DNA of 34,154 bases from positions 1 through 34,154 of IMG/VR virus record IMGVR_UViG_3300048858_000115; one strand, 5' to 3'. How positions within the stretch are numbered: the stretch's first letter is position 1; each line of letters opens with the position of its first letter. Origin of the DNA: a virus (taxonomy: Duplodnaviria > Caudoviricetes). The position numbers were made by a program, and so were the translations under genes. Under the pieces are notes generated by a model, which was not told the origin of the DNA, made no database searches, and saw only the letters and a list, made by a program, of their open reading frames with translations. Shown piece by piece: positions 18,554-26,667 of the stretch.

Positions 18554-18591
18554 ACGCGCGAAGCATAGCGGCTCGCGCCAAGGTCGCCTGC

Positions 18592-19119
18592 ATGGGCGAT
18601 ACTCCCGACCTTACCCGCCTTATCGGCGACATTGCGCGCGTGGGCGTCGTCGTTGCGCGCAGCGGCGATACCTGCCGGCTGCAGGTCGGCGACCTGGTCA
18701 CCGGCGACCTGCCATGGATCTCCGGCCGAGCCGGCGGCGCGCGTGTCTGGTCGCCCCCAAGCATCGGCGAGCAGTGCTTGCTGATCTGTCCCGAAGGGGA
18801 TGCCGCGGGCGGCCTGGTGCTGCCGGGAATTTTCTCAGACGCGAACCCCGCGCCTGCCGATGACGACGCGTGGCTGGTGACGTTCGAAGACGGCACCCGC
18901 CTACGCTACGATCCGGCTGCTCATGCGCTCGAGGCGATCCTCGCCGCCGGCGGCACGGCCATCATCGACGCGCCTGGTGGCCTGACCATCCGCGGCCCGG
19001 TCACGATCGAAGGCACGCTCACCGCCACCGAGGACGTCGTCGCCGCCGGCAAGAGCCTCAAGGATCACGTGCACCTCAAGGTGCAGCCCGGCACCGGCAT
19101 TTCCGGAGCGCCTCAATGA
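18592..19119 (+). CDS. V: Baseplate spike protein V
   Basis: LPWISGRAG, WSPPSIGEQ, FEDGTRLRYD, C-terminal SLKDHVH metal-binding HxH. Confidence 0.93.
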   Translation: MGDTPDLTRLIGDIARVGVVVARSGDTCRLQVGDLVTGDLPWISGRAGGARVWSPPSIGEQCLLICPEGDAAGGLVLPGIFSDANPAPADDDAWLVTFEDGTRLRYDPAAHALEAILAAGGTAIIDAPGGLTIRGPVTIEGTLTATEDVVAAGKSLKDHVHLKVQPGTGISGAPQ

Positions 19120-19469
19120 TCGGCATGGACGCGCTCACCGGCGAGCAGCTCTCCGGCGCCGAGCACCTCGAGCAGTCGGTCGGCAAGATCCTGGGCACGC
19201 CGCTGGGCTCACGCGTCGGCCGGCGCGACTTCGGCTCGCGTCTGCCGGAGCTGCTCGACCAGCCCCTCAACGCCCGCACCCGCGTGCTGATCTACGCCGC
19301 CACCGCCGACGCGCTGCGCCGCCATGAGCCGCGCATCGCGCTCTCCCGCGTCACCTTCGTGGCGGCCGAACAGCCCGGCAGCGCGGTGCTGACGCTGCAG
19401 GGCACCCGCACCGACACCGCGGCCGCCGCTTCCTCCCTGTCGCTCACCATTCCCGTCCGCGCCGCCTGA
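19116..19469 (+). CDS. W: Baseplate wedge protein W (gp25-like)
   Basis: MIGMD, HLEQSVGKILGTPLGSRVGRRDFGS, EPRI; ATGA overlap with V. Confidence 0.93.
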   Translation: MIGMDALTGEQLSGAEHLEQSVGKILGTPLGSRVGRRDFGSRLPELLDQPLNARTRVLIYAATADALRRHEPRIALSRVTFVAAEQPGSAVLTLQGTRTDTAAAASSLSLTIPVRAA

Positions 19470-19480
19470 AAGGATCCACC

Positions 19481-20653
19481 ATGGCCGCCCCTGCTGAATA
19501 CCGCCACGGCATCACCGTCTCCGAAACCACCACCGCCCGGCGCACGATCTCGACGATCGCCACCGCCGTGATCGGCCTGATCGCGACCGGCCCCGCCGCC
19601 GACGCCGCCGCGTTCCCACTCGACCGCCCGGTGCTGGTGGAGGATCTGCCCGCGGCCATCGCCAAGGCCGGTGCCACCGGGACGCTCAAGGATTCCCTCG
19701 AGGCGATCCTCGCCCAGGTGCGCGCGCCCGTCATCGTCGTGCGCGTCGCCGATGCTGCCGACCCGGACGCCACCTCGCTGAACGTCATCGGCACCGACGT
19801 CGCGGGCTGCCGCACCGGCATGCAGGCGATGCTTGCGGCCGAGGCGCAGCTCGGCGTGAAGCCGCGCATCCTCGGCGCTCCCGGCCTCGACGATGCCGAT
19901 GTTGCCGAGGCGCTGGGCGACCTGGGCGACCGGCTGCGCGCCATCGCCTATGCACGGGCCGAGGGCGACGATGTCGAAACTGTCATCGCCTATCGCGGCG
20001 CCTTCACCTCGCGCGCGCTGATGCTCATCCACCCGGACTTCACCGTCCGCACCGCCGGCGAGATCGTGACCAGCTACGCCGTTGCCCATGCGATGGGCCT
20101 GCGCGCCGCCCTCGACAAGACGCAGGGCTGGAACAAGACGTTGTCGAACGTGCCGGTTGCGGACGTCGTCGGCATCACCCGCGACATCGCCTTCGACCTG
20201 CAGGATCCGGAGTGCGACGCCAACCGGCTCAACGCCCATGACGTCACGACGCTGGTGCGGCTTAACGGCCAGCTGCGCTTCTGGGGCTCGCGCACCTGCT
20301 CGGCCGACGCCAACTTCGCCTTCGAAAGCGCAACCCGCACCGCCCACATCATCGCCGACACCATGGCAAACGGGCTGGTCTGGGCGATCGACCGGCCGCT
20401 GCTGCCCAGCCTCGCGCGCGACATCGTCGAGGAGATCAACGCCGCGTTCCGCCAGATGAAGTCGGCCGGCCAGATCCTCGGCGCCGAGGCCTGGTACGAT
20501 CCGAGCCGCAACCCGGCCGAAAGCCTCAAGGTCGGCAAGCTCGCCATCTCCTACCGCTACACGCCCACGCCGCCGCTCGAGCAGCTCGGCCTGGTGCAGG
20601 AGATCACCGACGAGTTCCTCGCCGACTTCTCCAGCCTCGCCACAGCCGGCTGA
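19481..20653 (+). CDS. FI: Tail sheath protein FI
   Basis: YRHGITV, KPRILGAPG, GWNKTLSN, RFWGSRT, YTPTPPLE. Confidence 0.95.
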   Translation: MAAPAEYRHGITVSETTTARRTISTIATAVIGLIATGPAADAAAFPLDRPVLVEDLPAAIAKAGATGTLKDSLEAILAQVRAPVIVVRVADAADPDATSLNVIGTDVAGCRTGMQAMLAAEAQLGVKPRILGAPGLDDADVAEALGDLGDRLRAIAYARAEGDDVETVIAYRGAFTSRALMLIHPDFTVRTAGEIVTSYAVAHAMGLRAALDKTQGWNKTLSNVPVADVVGITRDIAFDLQDPECDANRLNAHDVTTLVRLNGQLRFWGSRTCSADANFAFESATRTAHIIADTMANGLVWAIDRPLLPSLARDIVEEINAAFRQMKSAGQILGAEAWYDPSRNPAESLKVGKLAISYRYTPTPPLEQLGLVQEITDEFLADFSSLATAG

Positions 20654-20686
20654 TCGCCACCACGCCCCTAGATTTGGAGAACCACC

Positions 20687-21193
20687 ATGGGCTTCCCCCG
20701 CAAGCTTAAGCAGATGGCGCTGTTCATCGACGGCCGCTGGGTCGACGAAACGGCGTCGGTCACCCTTCCCAAACTCACCCGCAAGCTCGATGAGTATCGC
20801 GGCGGCGGCATGGGCCGCCCGGTGAAGACCGACATGGGCGGCGAAGCCCTCGAGGCCGAGTTCACCTGCGCCGGCGTGGTCCGGGACGTGCTGCGCGGCT
20901 ACGGCGCCTCGATCGCCGGCGTCGCGCTCCGCTTCGCCGGATCCTACGAGAACGACGACACCGGCGAGATCACGTCGGTCGAGGTCGTGCTGCGCGGTCG
21001 ATACGAAGAGATCGACATGGGCGAGAGCAAGCCCGGCGAGGATACCGAGATGAAGGCGAAGATGGCGGTCGCCTACTACAAGCTCGTCTGGAACGGCAGC
21101 ATCGTGATCGAGGCCGACCCGATCAACATGATCGAGATCGTCGACGGCGTCGACCTGATGGCGCCGCACCGCGCCGCGATCGGCCTCGGCTGA
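20687..21193 (+). CDS. FII: Major tail tube protein FII
   Basis: PRKLK, LPKLTRK, YRGGGM, YYKL, GVD...HRAAIGL; GGAG SD. Confidence 0.95.
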   Translation: MGFPRKLKQMALFIDGRWVDETASVTLPKLTRKLDEYRGGGMGRPVKTDMGGEALEAEFTCAGVVRDVLRGYGASIAGVALRFAGSYENDDTGEITSVEVVLRGRYEEIDMGESKPGEDTEMKAKMAVAYYKLVWNGSIVIEADPINMIEIVDGVDLMAPHRAAIGLG

Positions 21194-21198
21194 TCCCT

Positions 21199-21229
21199 CC
21201 GGCGCCGGTTCGCCGGCGCCGGCCTTTCT
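21199..21229 (+). terminator. GC-rich hairpin after FII (weak terminator or mRNA stabiliser)
   Basis: CCGGCGCCGG-TTCG-CCGGCGCCGG followed only by CCTTTCT, a short T tract. Confidence 0.5.
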
Positions 21230-21249
21230 CCCGCTCCTAGGAACCGACC

Positions 21250-21588
21250 ATGACCGACCAGACTTCCGCGCCCGCGGCCAATTCCAAGCTCCGCAAGTTC
21301 AAGCTCGATCACGAGATCGTTGTAGCCGGTGAGGTGCTCCACGCCGCCGGCACTGAAATCACCGTGCGAAAGCCGGGTGCCGGTGAGATGCGCGGCCTCA
21401 CCCTGATGGGCCTCAGCCAGCTCGACTATAATCAGCTCGAGCGCCTCGCTCCGCGCATCACCAGCCCCGTCCTCACCAAGCAGGTGTTCGGCGAGATGGA
21501 CCCGGCCGACCTGATGCAGTTCGGCGGCGAGGTCATGGATTTTTTGCTGCCGACTGCCGCGAAGGAGGCGGTCTCCCCGACCGAGTAG
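21250..21588 (+). CDS. E: Tail assembly chaperone E
   Basis: VRKPGAGEMRGL, LAPRITSP, MDPADL, ends DFLLP with slippery site. Confidence 0.9.
   Translation: MTDQTSAPAANSKLRKFKLDHEIVVAGEVLHAAGTEITVRKPGAGEMRGLTLMGLSQLDYNQLERLAPRITSPVLTKQVFGEMDPADLMQFGGEVMDFLLPTAAKEAVSPTE
21540..21546 (+). other. Programmed -1 frameshift site TTTTTTG giving the E+E' fusion
   Basis: GAT TTT TTG near the end of E; the -1 frame stays open through E' to TGA 21713, as in P2. Confidence 0.85.
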
Positions 21589-21596
21589 AAGACGCC

Positions 21597-21713
21597 ATGG
21601 CCGACCTGGCGCTCGTCTTCGGATGGGTGCCGGCGGACATGGACGTGATGAGCCTGCCCGAACTGATGGAGTGGCGCGAGCGCGCCGCCAAACGCCACAA
21701 CGCCAAGGAGTGA
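21597..21713 (+). CDS. GpE' tail chaperone extension (not in the ORF track)
   Basis: MADLALVFGWVPADMDVMSLPELMEWRERAAKRHNAKE, typical P2 E' pattern (ADLA..F.W.P....M...EL..WRE.A). Confidence 0.88.
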   Translation: MADLALVFGWVPADMDVMSLPELMEWRERAAKRHNAKE

Positions 21714-21717
21714 CCCG

Positions 21718-24342
21718 GTGGCCGACCGCAACCTGCGCATCCGCATGCTGCTCGAGGCGAGCGACCGGGTCACCCGGCCGCTGCGCGACATTGCCGGCGG
21801 CTCGACTCGCGCCGGCCAGGCGCTCAAGATCACGCGCGACCGGCTGAAGGAGATCGGCCGGGCACAACAGGACGTCGGCGACTTCCGGGAGCTGAAGGCG
21901 GGGCTCCGGACCACCGAACAGGCAATGCAGGCCGCACAAACGCGCGTCGGTCAACTCGCGCGCGAGATGCAGGCCACCGACAGTCCGACGAAGAAACTGG
22001 CGGCCGACTTCGCGCGCGCGAAGCGCGAGGCGCAGCAGCTCGGGCAGCAGCACGAGAGCGAGAGTCGCCGCCTGCAGGAGCTGCGCGACCGCCTGCGCGC
22101 CGCCGGCGTCGCCACCAATGATCTCGCCCGCCACGAACGCGATCTGCGCCAGCAGGCCCGCGCCACCAATGAAGAGCTAGCCGAGCAGGAACGCCGCCTG
22201 CAGGCTGCCACCGGCCGTTCACAGCGCATGGCCCGCGCGCGCGACGGCTTCGGTCGCGTCCAGGGCGCAGCCGTTGGCCTTGCTGCCAGCGGCGCCTCCG
22301 GCATCGCTACCGGCATGGCGCTCGGCCGCCCCCTGATCGCCGCGATCGGGGACGCGCAGACCTACGAATCCGTCATGACCGACATCGGCCAGAAGGCCGA
22401 CCTGTCGCGTGAGGCATCCGCCCAGATGGGCCGCAACCTCCTGGTCGCGGCCAGCAAGGCCAACCAGCTGCCCGAGGCGCTGCAGCAGGGCGTCGACGTG
22501 CTGGCGGGCTTCGGCCTCGACCCGCGCCAGGCCGTGGAGATGATGACGCCGATCGGACGCGCGGCCACCGCCTACAAGGCCGAGATCGCGGATCTCGCGT
22601 CGGCGTCCTTCGCTGCCCACGACAACCTCAAGGTGCCGCTCGAGGACACCGCCCGCATGATCGACGTCATGGCGCAGGCGGGCAAGTCGGGCGCCTTCGA
22701 GGTCAAGGACATGGCCGCCTATTTCCCAACGCTGACGGCCGCCTACCAGGGGCTGGGGCAGACGGGTGTTGCCGCCGGCGGCGACCTGTCGGCGGCGCTG
22801 CAGATCGTCCGCAAGGGCGCGGGCGACAGCGCCACCGCTGCCGGCAACCTCAACAACATCCTTCAGAAGATCACGTCGCCTGCCACGGTGCGCGCCTTCA
22901 AGAAGATGGGCGTCGATCTGCCCAACTCGCTGAAGAAGCTCTACGCCGAGGGCAAGACCCCGATTGAGGCGATCTCGGAGCTGACGAACAAGACGCTCAA
23001 GGGCGACCTGTCGAAGCTCGGCTACCTGTTCGAAGACGCCCAGGTGCAGCAGGGCCTGCGACCGCTGATCCAGAACATGGAGGAATATCGCCGGATCCGC
23101 GCCGAGGCGATGGGTGCCAAGGGCACCACGGACACCGACTTCGCCGACCGGCTGAACGACAGCGCCGAGAAGACGAAGCGCTGGACGATCACCAGCCAGC
23201 GGCTGTCCCGCACCCTTGGCGGCATGCTGATGCCCACCATCAACGCGCTTTCAGACAGGGCGTCCGCGTTCCTCGAGCGCGCGAACGCCTGGGCCGAGGC
23301 CAACCCCCAGCTCGCCAAGGGTGCCGCTATTGCCGCCGGCGTCCTCGCCGCGCTGTTCCTGGTGCTGGGCGGCGGCGCCATCGCGATCGCCGGCATCCTC
23401 GCGCCCTTCGCGGCGCTGACCTTCGTTGCCGGAGCCTTCAACATCGCCATGCTGCCGATGATCGGCATCGTCGCCGCCGTCATCGCCGGGATCGCGCTGC
23501 TCGCCGGTGCCGCCTACCTGCTCTATTCGAATTGGGGCGGGATCTCCGCCTGGTTCTCCGGCCTCTGGGCGTCGGTGAAGTCGATCTCCGCGACTGCCTG
23601 GGCCGACATCAGCACCGCCTTTGATGGCGGCCTTTGGGGCGTCCTCGCCATGCTGTTCCGCTGGGGCGGCGCGGCATTGGGGGCGCTGTGGTCGATCGGG
23701 TCGGCGCTGATGCCGAAGCTGTGGGGTGCGCTTTCCGCCGGCGTTGCCTGGGGGATTGGTGCGGCGCCGGGGCTGTTCGGCATGCTGATGGGTGCGATCA
23801 AGGCGGTGGTCTGGAACGGGCTGCTGCTGCTTCCGCGCCTGGCGGTGCAGTTCGGCGTCAACACCGTCCGCGGCTTCGTCAGCGGCATGCGCCAGATGTT
23901 CGGCTTCCTGCGCGGCGGCATCAACGGCATGGCGCAGTCGGCCGTCGATTGGTTCAAGGCGAAGCTCGGCATCCATTCGCCCAGTCGTGTCTTCATGGCG
24001 CTCGGCGGCCACATGATGACCGGCCTTGCCAATGGGATCGGTGAGGCGGAGCATGCTCCCATTGCGCGCCTAGAGAAGCTGTCGCGCCGAGTCGTCGGGG
24101 CCGTCTCCACGGGCCTGACCGTTCCCGCGATGGCCGCCGGCACTGCTCAGGCCCCCCCTAGCAGTGCCGGCACCTTTTCGCCCGCGGCGCTCAGCAGCGT
24201 CACCATCCAGATCTACCCGACGCCGCAGCAGTCGCCGCAGGACATCGCACGGGCGGTCGCCGCCGAACTCGACCGGCGCGAGAGCGCCGCCCAGGCGCGC
24301 AACCGCTCCAGCTTCACCCGCTCCGAAGGCTGGGAGGAATAA
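21718..24342 (+). CDS. T: Tail tape measure protein
   Basis: 874 aa; N-terminal DRVTRPL, coiled-coil, TP901-type core, hydrophobic block, LGIHSPSRVF. Confidence 0.95.
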   Translation: MADRNLRIRMLLEASDRVTRPLRDIAGGSTRAGQALKITRDRLKEIGRAQQDVGDFRELKAGLRTTEQAMQAAQTRVGQLAREMQATDSPTKKLAADFARAKREAQQLGQQHESESRRLQELRDRLRAAGVATNDLARHERDLRQQARATNEELAEQERRLQAATGRSQRMARARDGFGRVQGAAVGLAASGASGIATGMALGRPLIAAIGDAQTYESVMTDIGQKADLSREASAQMGRNLLVAASKANQLPEALQQGVDVLAGFGLDPRQAVEMMTPIGRAATAYKAEIADLASASFAAHDNLKVPLEDTARMIDVMAQAGKSGAFEVKDMAAYFPTLTAAYQGLGQTGVAAGGDLSAALQIVRKGAGDSATAAGNLNNILQKITSPATVRAFKKMGVDLPNSLKKLYAEGKTPIEAISELTNKTLKGDLSKLGYLFEDAQVQQGLRPLIQNMEEYRRIRAEAMGAKGTTDTDFADRLNDSAEKTKRWTITSQRLSRTLGGMLMPTINALSDRASAFLERANAWAEANPQLAKGAAIAAGVLAALFLVLGGGAIAIAGILAPFAALTFVAGAFNIAMLPMIGIVAAVIAGIALLAGAAYLLYSNWGGISAWFSGLWASVKSISATAWADISTAFDGGLWGVLAMLFRWGGAALGALWSIGSALMPKLWGALSAGVAWGIGAAPGLFGMLMGAIKAVVWNGLLLLPRLAVQFGVNTVRGFVSGMRQMFGFLRGGINGMAQSAVDWFKAKLGIHSPSRVFMALGGHMMTGLANGIGEAEHAPIARLEKLSRRVVGAVSTGLTVPAMAAGTAQAPPSSAGTFSPAALSSVTIQIYPTPQQSPQDIARAVAAELDRRESAAQARNRSSFTRSEGWEE

Positions 24343-24344
24343 CC

Positions 24345-24734
24345 ATGCTGATGGCCCTGGGCATGTTCCCCTTCGACCTGCCAACGCTCGCCTATGATGA
24401 GCTGCAGCGCCGCACCGACTGGCGTCACGCCCGCAATCCGCGCGTCGGCGCGCGCGACGCGACGCAGTTCACCGGCCCGGGCGACGACACCATCAGCCTG
24501 TCGGGCACCGCCTATGCAGAGCTGTGCGAGGGTCGCGCCTCGCTCGACGAGCTGCGCCGCATGGCGGACGCCGGCGAAGCGCGCTCGCTGGTCGACGGTG
24601 CCGGCTATATCTACGGCGCCTTCGTCATCACCGCGCTGGACGAGAAGCACAAAGCCATCCTGCCGGACGGCACCCCGCTGCGCATCGACTTCAGCCTCGA
24701 TTTGCTGCGCGTCGACGTGGAGCCGCGGGCATGA
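24345..24734 (+). CDS. U: Tail protein U
   Basis: MLMALGMFPF, RVGAR, QFTGPG, LVDGAG..YG, IDFSLDL. Confidence 0.93.
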   Translation: MLMALGMFPFDLPTLAYDELQRRTDWRHARNPRVGARDATQFTGPGDDTISLSGTAYAELCEGRASLDELRRMADAGEARSLVDGAGYIYGAFVITALDEKHKAILPDGTPLRIDFSLDLLRVDVEPRA

Positions 24735-25735
24735 AGCTGCGCAACAACATCCCCGATTTCCGCGTGCACCTGGGCCAGCGTGACCTCACCGACAAGCTGC
24801 GCCCGCGGCTGATGTCGCTGTCGATCACCGAGAAGCGCGGGGACGAAGCCGACCAGCTCGACCTGGTGCTCGAGGACAGCCGCGGTGACATCCCTCTGCC
24901 CGCAGCCGGCGCGACCCTGCGCGTGCAGTTGGGCTGGCTGTCCGGCGCCGACGTGCAGCCCGGCCTGGTCGACAAGGGCAGCTTCGTGGTCGACGAGGTC
25001 GAGCACAGCGGCCCGCCCGACATCGTCACCATCCGCGCCCATGCCGCCGACTTCACCAGCGCGCTCACCACCCGGCGCGAGCATAGCTGGCACGATACCA
25101 CGCTGGGCGCCGTCGTTTCCGCGCTCGCCGGCCGCAACGGGCTCACCGCGCGCATCGCGCCAGCGCTCGCCGCCATTGCCGTGCCCGCGCTCGCACAGAG
25201 CCGGGAGAGCGACCTCGCCTTCCTGCGCCGCCTCGGCCGCGAGCATGATGCGGTCGCCACCATCAAGCAGGGCCTGCTGATCTTCAGCCGCAAGGGCGCT
25301 GGCGTGACGCCCACCGGCGGCGCGATCCCTTCCCTCACCCTCCACCGGCGCGAGGGCGACAGCCACCGCTTCCGCATCGAGAAGCGCGAGGAGGCGACCG
25401 GCATCACCGCCAGCTGGCATGACCGCAAGGGCGCGAAGCGGGAGAGCGTCACCGTCGGCGACGCGGAGGGCGCCAAGCGGCTGCGCAAGGTCTACCCGAG
25501 CGAGGCGGCCGCGCGCGGAGCCGCCACCACCGCCCGCGCGCGCGCCGGCCGACAGCCGCGCAGCCTGGAGCTGACGCTCGCGCTCGGCCGCGCGGATCTC
25601 TACCCGGAGCGACGGGTCGCCACCGCGGGCTTCCGGTCAGAGCTCGACGCGGTAGCGTGGCTGGTCGAGGAGGTCTCCCACAACCTCTCTAAGGATCGTG
25701 GGTATGCCGTCAGCGTAAAGCTGGAGGCGGCGTAG
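24731..25735 (+). CDS. D: Baseplate hub / late control protein D
   Basis: ATG 24731; RGDEADQL, DKGSFVVDEVEHSGPPD, QSRESDLAFLRRL. Confidence 0.93.
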   Translation: MKLRNNIPDFRVHLGQRDLTDKLRPRLMSLSITEKRGDEADQLDLVLEDSRGDIPLPAAGATLRVQLGWLSGADVQPGLVDKGSFVVDEVEHSGPPDIVTIRAHAADFTSALTTRREHSWHDTTLGAVVSALAGRNGLTARIAPALAAIAVPALAQSRESDLAFLRRLGREHDAVATIKQGLLIFSRKGAGVTPTGGAIPSLTLHRREGDSHRFRIEKREEATGITASWHDRKGAKRESVTVGDAEGAKRLRKVYPSEAAARGAATTARARAGRQPRSLELTLALGRADLYPERRVATAGFRSELDAVAWLVEEVSHNLSKDRGYAVSVKLEAA

Positions 25736-25758
25736 CCTTCCAACGTGGGCGCTCGCGG

Positions 25759-26556
25759 TCAGAAGTTTGCGGAGAACAGCGCCTCGGTCGTCTTCCCCCG
25801 ACGATCTGCCGGGCCCGCCAAGACGCTGGACCGCGGCATCTTCTTGTACTCAGCGACGCCTTCGTACAGCTCAAGCACTGATGCATGGTCCGCATTCGTC
25901 ACGACGACTGCAGCGCCTCGCTCCACCGCACGTGCAACGGCATCCCTGAGGCGCACCTGATCCGCCCAGGTGAAGATGTTCTCATTGTATTTCACAAAGC
26001 CGTTCATGTTGTGCTTAACGGTATAGGGCGGATCCACGAATAAGAAGTCTCCTTCCTCCGCTTGATCGATCGAATATTCGAAATCACAACACGCCAGATC
26101 CGCAGCTTTCAGAAGCTTAGATACGGCAACAAAGTCGTCGTCCGGCATGACAACAGCCGACTTCGTCCCAATAGGAACGTTGAACTCGCCCTTCTTGTTC
26201 AGTCGATAAAGACCGTTCCAACACGTCCTGTTCAGGTACAGCGTACGCGCGGCTTTCTCCAGATCTCCCGCCGGAACCGCAGCACGTACGGCATAGTAAT
26301 AGTCGGAGTCGTGTTTCTCGTGATGCGCGCGCATGGCTTCCAAGAGCCCTTTCGGGTCATCACGCATCACGCGGTAAAGGCGAATCAGCTCCGGATTAAC
26401 GTCGGACAGAAGCGCGTCCGCAGGCTTCAGACCAAAGAAAACTGCCGCGCCGCCTAGGAAAGGCTCGACATACCTCTTGTATGTCGCAGGACGCGGGAGA
26501 CCGGCGTTCATCAGCCAGCGCTTGCCGCCGGCCCACTTGAGGAATGGAGTTGTCAT
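25759..26556 (-). CDS. dam: Dam-family (D12 class) N6-adenine DNA methyltransferase
   Basis: ATG 26556 with AGGAGG SD; FLKWAGGKR, EPFLGGAAV (motif I), SDVN, NGLYRLNKKGEFNVP, FVDPPY (motif IV). Confidence 0.93.
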   Translation of the reverse strand: MTTPFLKWAGGKRWLMNAGLPRPATYKRYVEPFLGGAAVFFGLKPADALLSDVNPELIRLYRVMRDDPKGLLEAMRAHHEKHDSDYYYAVRAAVPAGDLEKAARTLYLNRTCWNGLYRLNKKGEFNVPIGTKSAVVMPDDDFVAVSKLLKAADLACCDFEYSIDQAEEGDFLFVDPPYTVKHNMNGFVKYNENIFTWADQVRLRDAVARAVERGAAVVVTNADHASVLELYEGVAEYKKMPRSSVLAGPADRRGKTTEALFSANF

Positions 26557-26667
26557 CGGACGTCCTCCTAGGCGCTTAATCTCCACACTCCAATCCATTC
26601 GGAAGCGTGCCGAGATGCTGAAAGGCCTCTCGGAGCATTCTCAACCTTCCGGACAGACACAGGGACC

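Noticed and set aside
15253-21169. Long minus-strand ORFs 15253..16869, 17089..18510 and 19292..21169
   Set aside because: Antisense to fibre/spike/sheath/tube genes, with no recognisable domains or RBS
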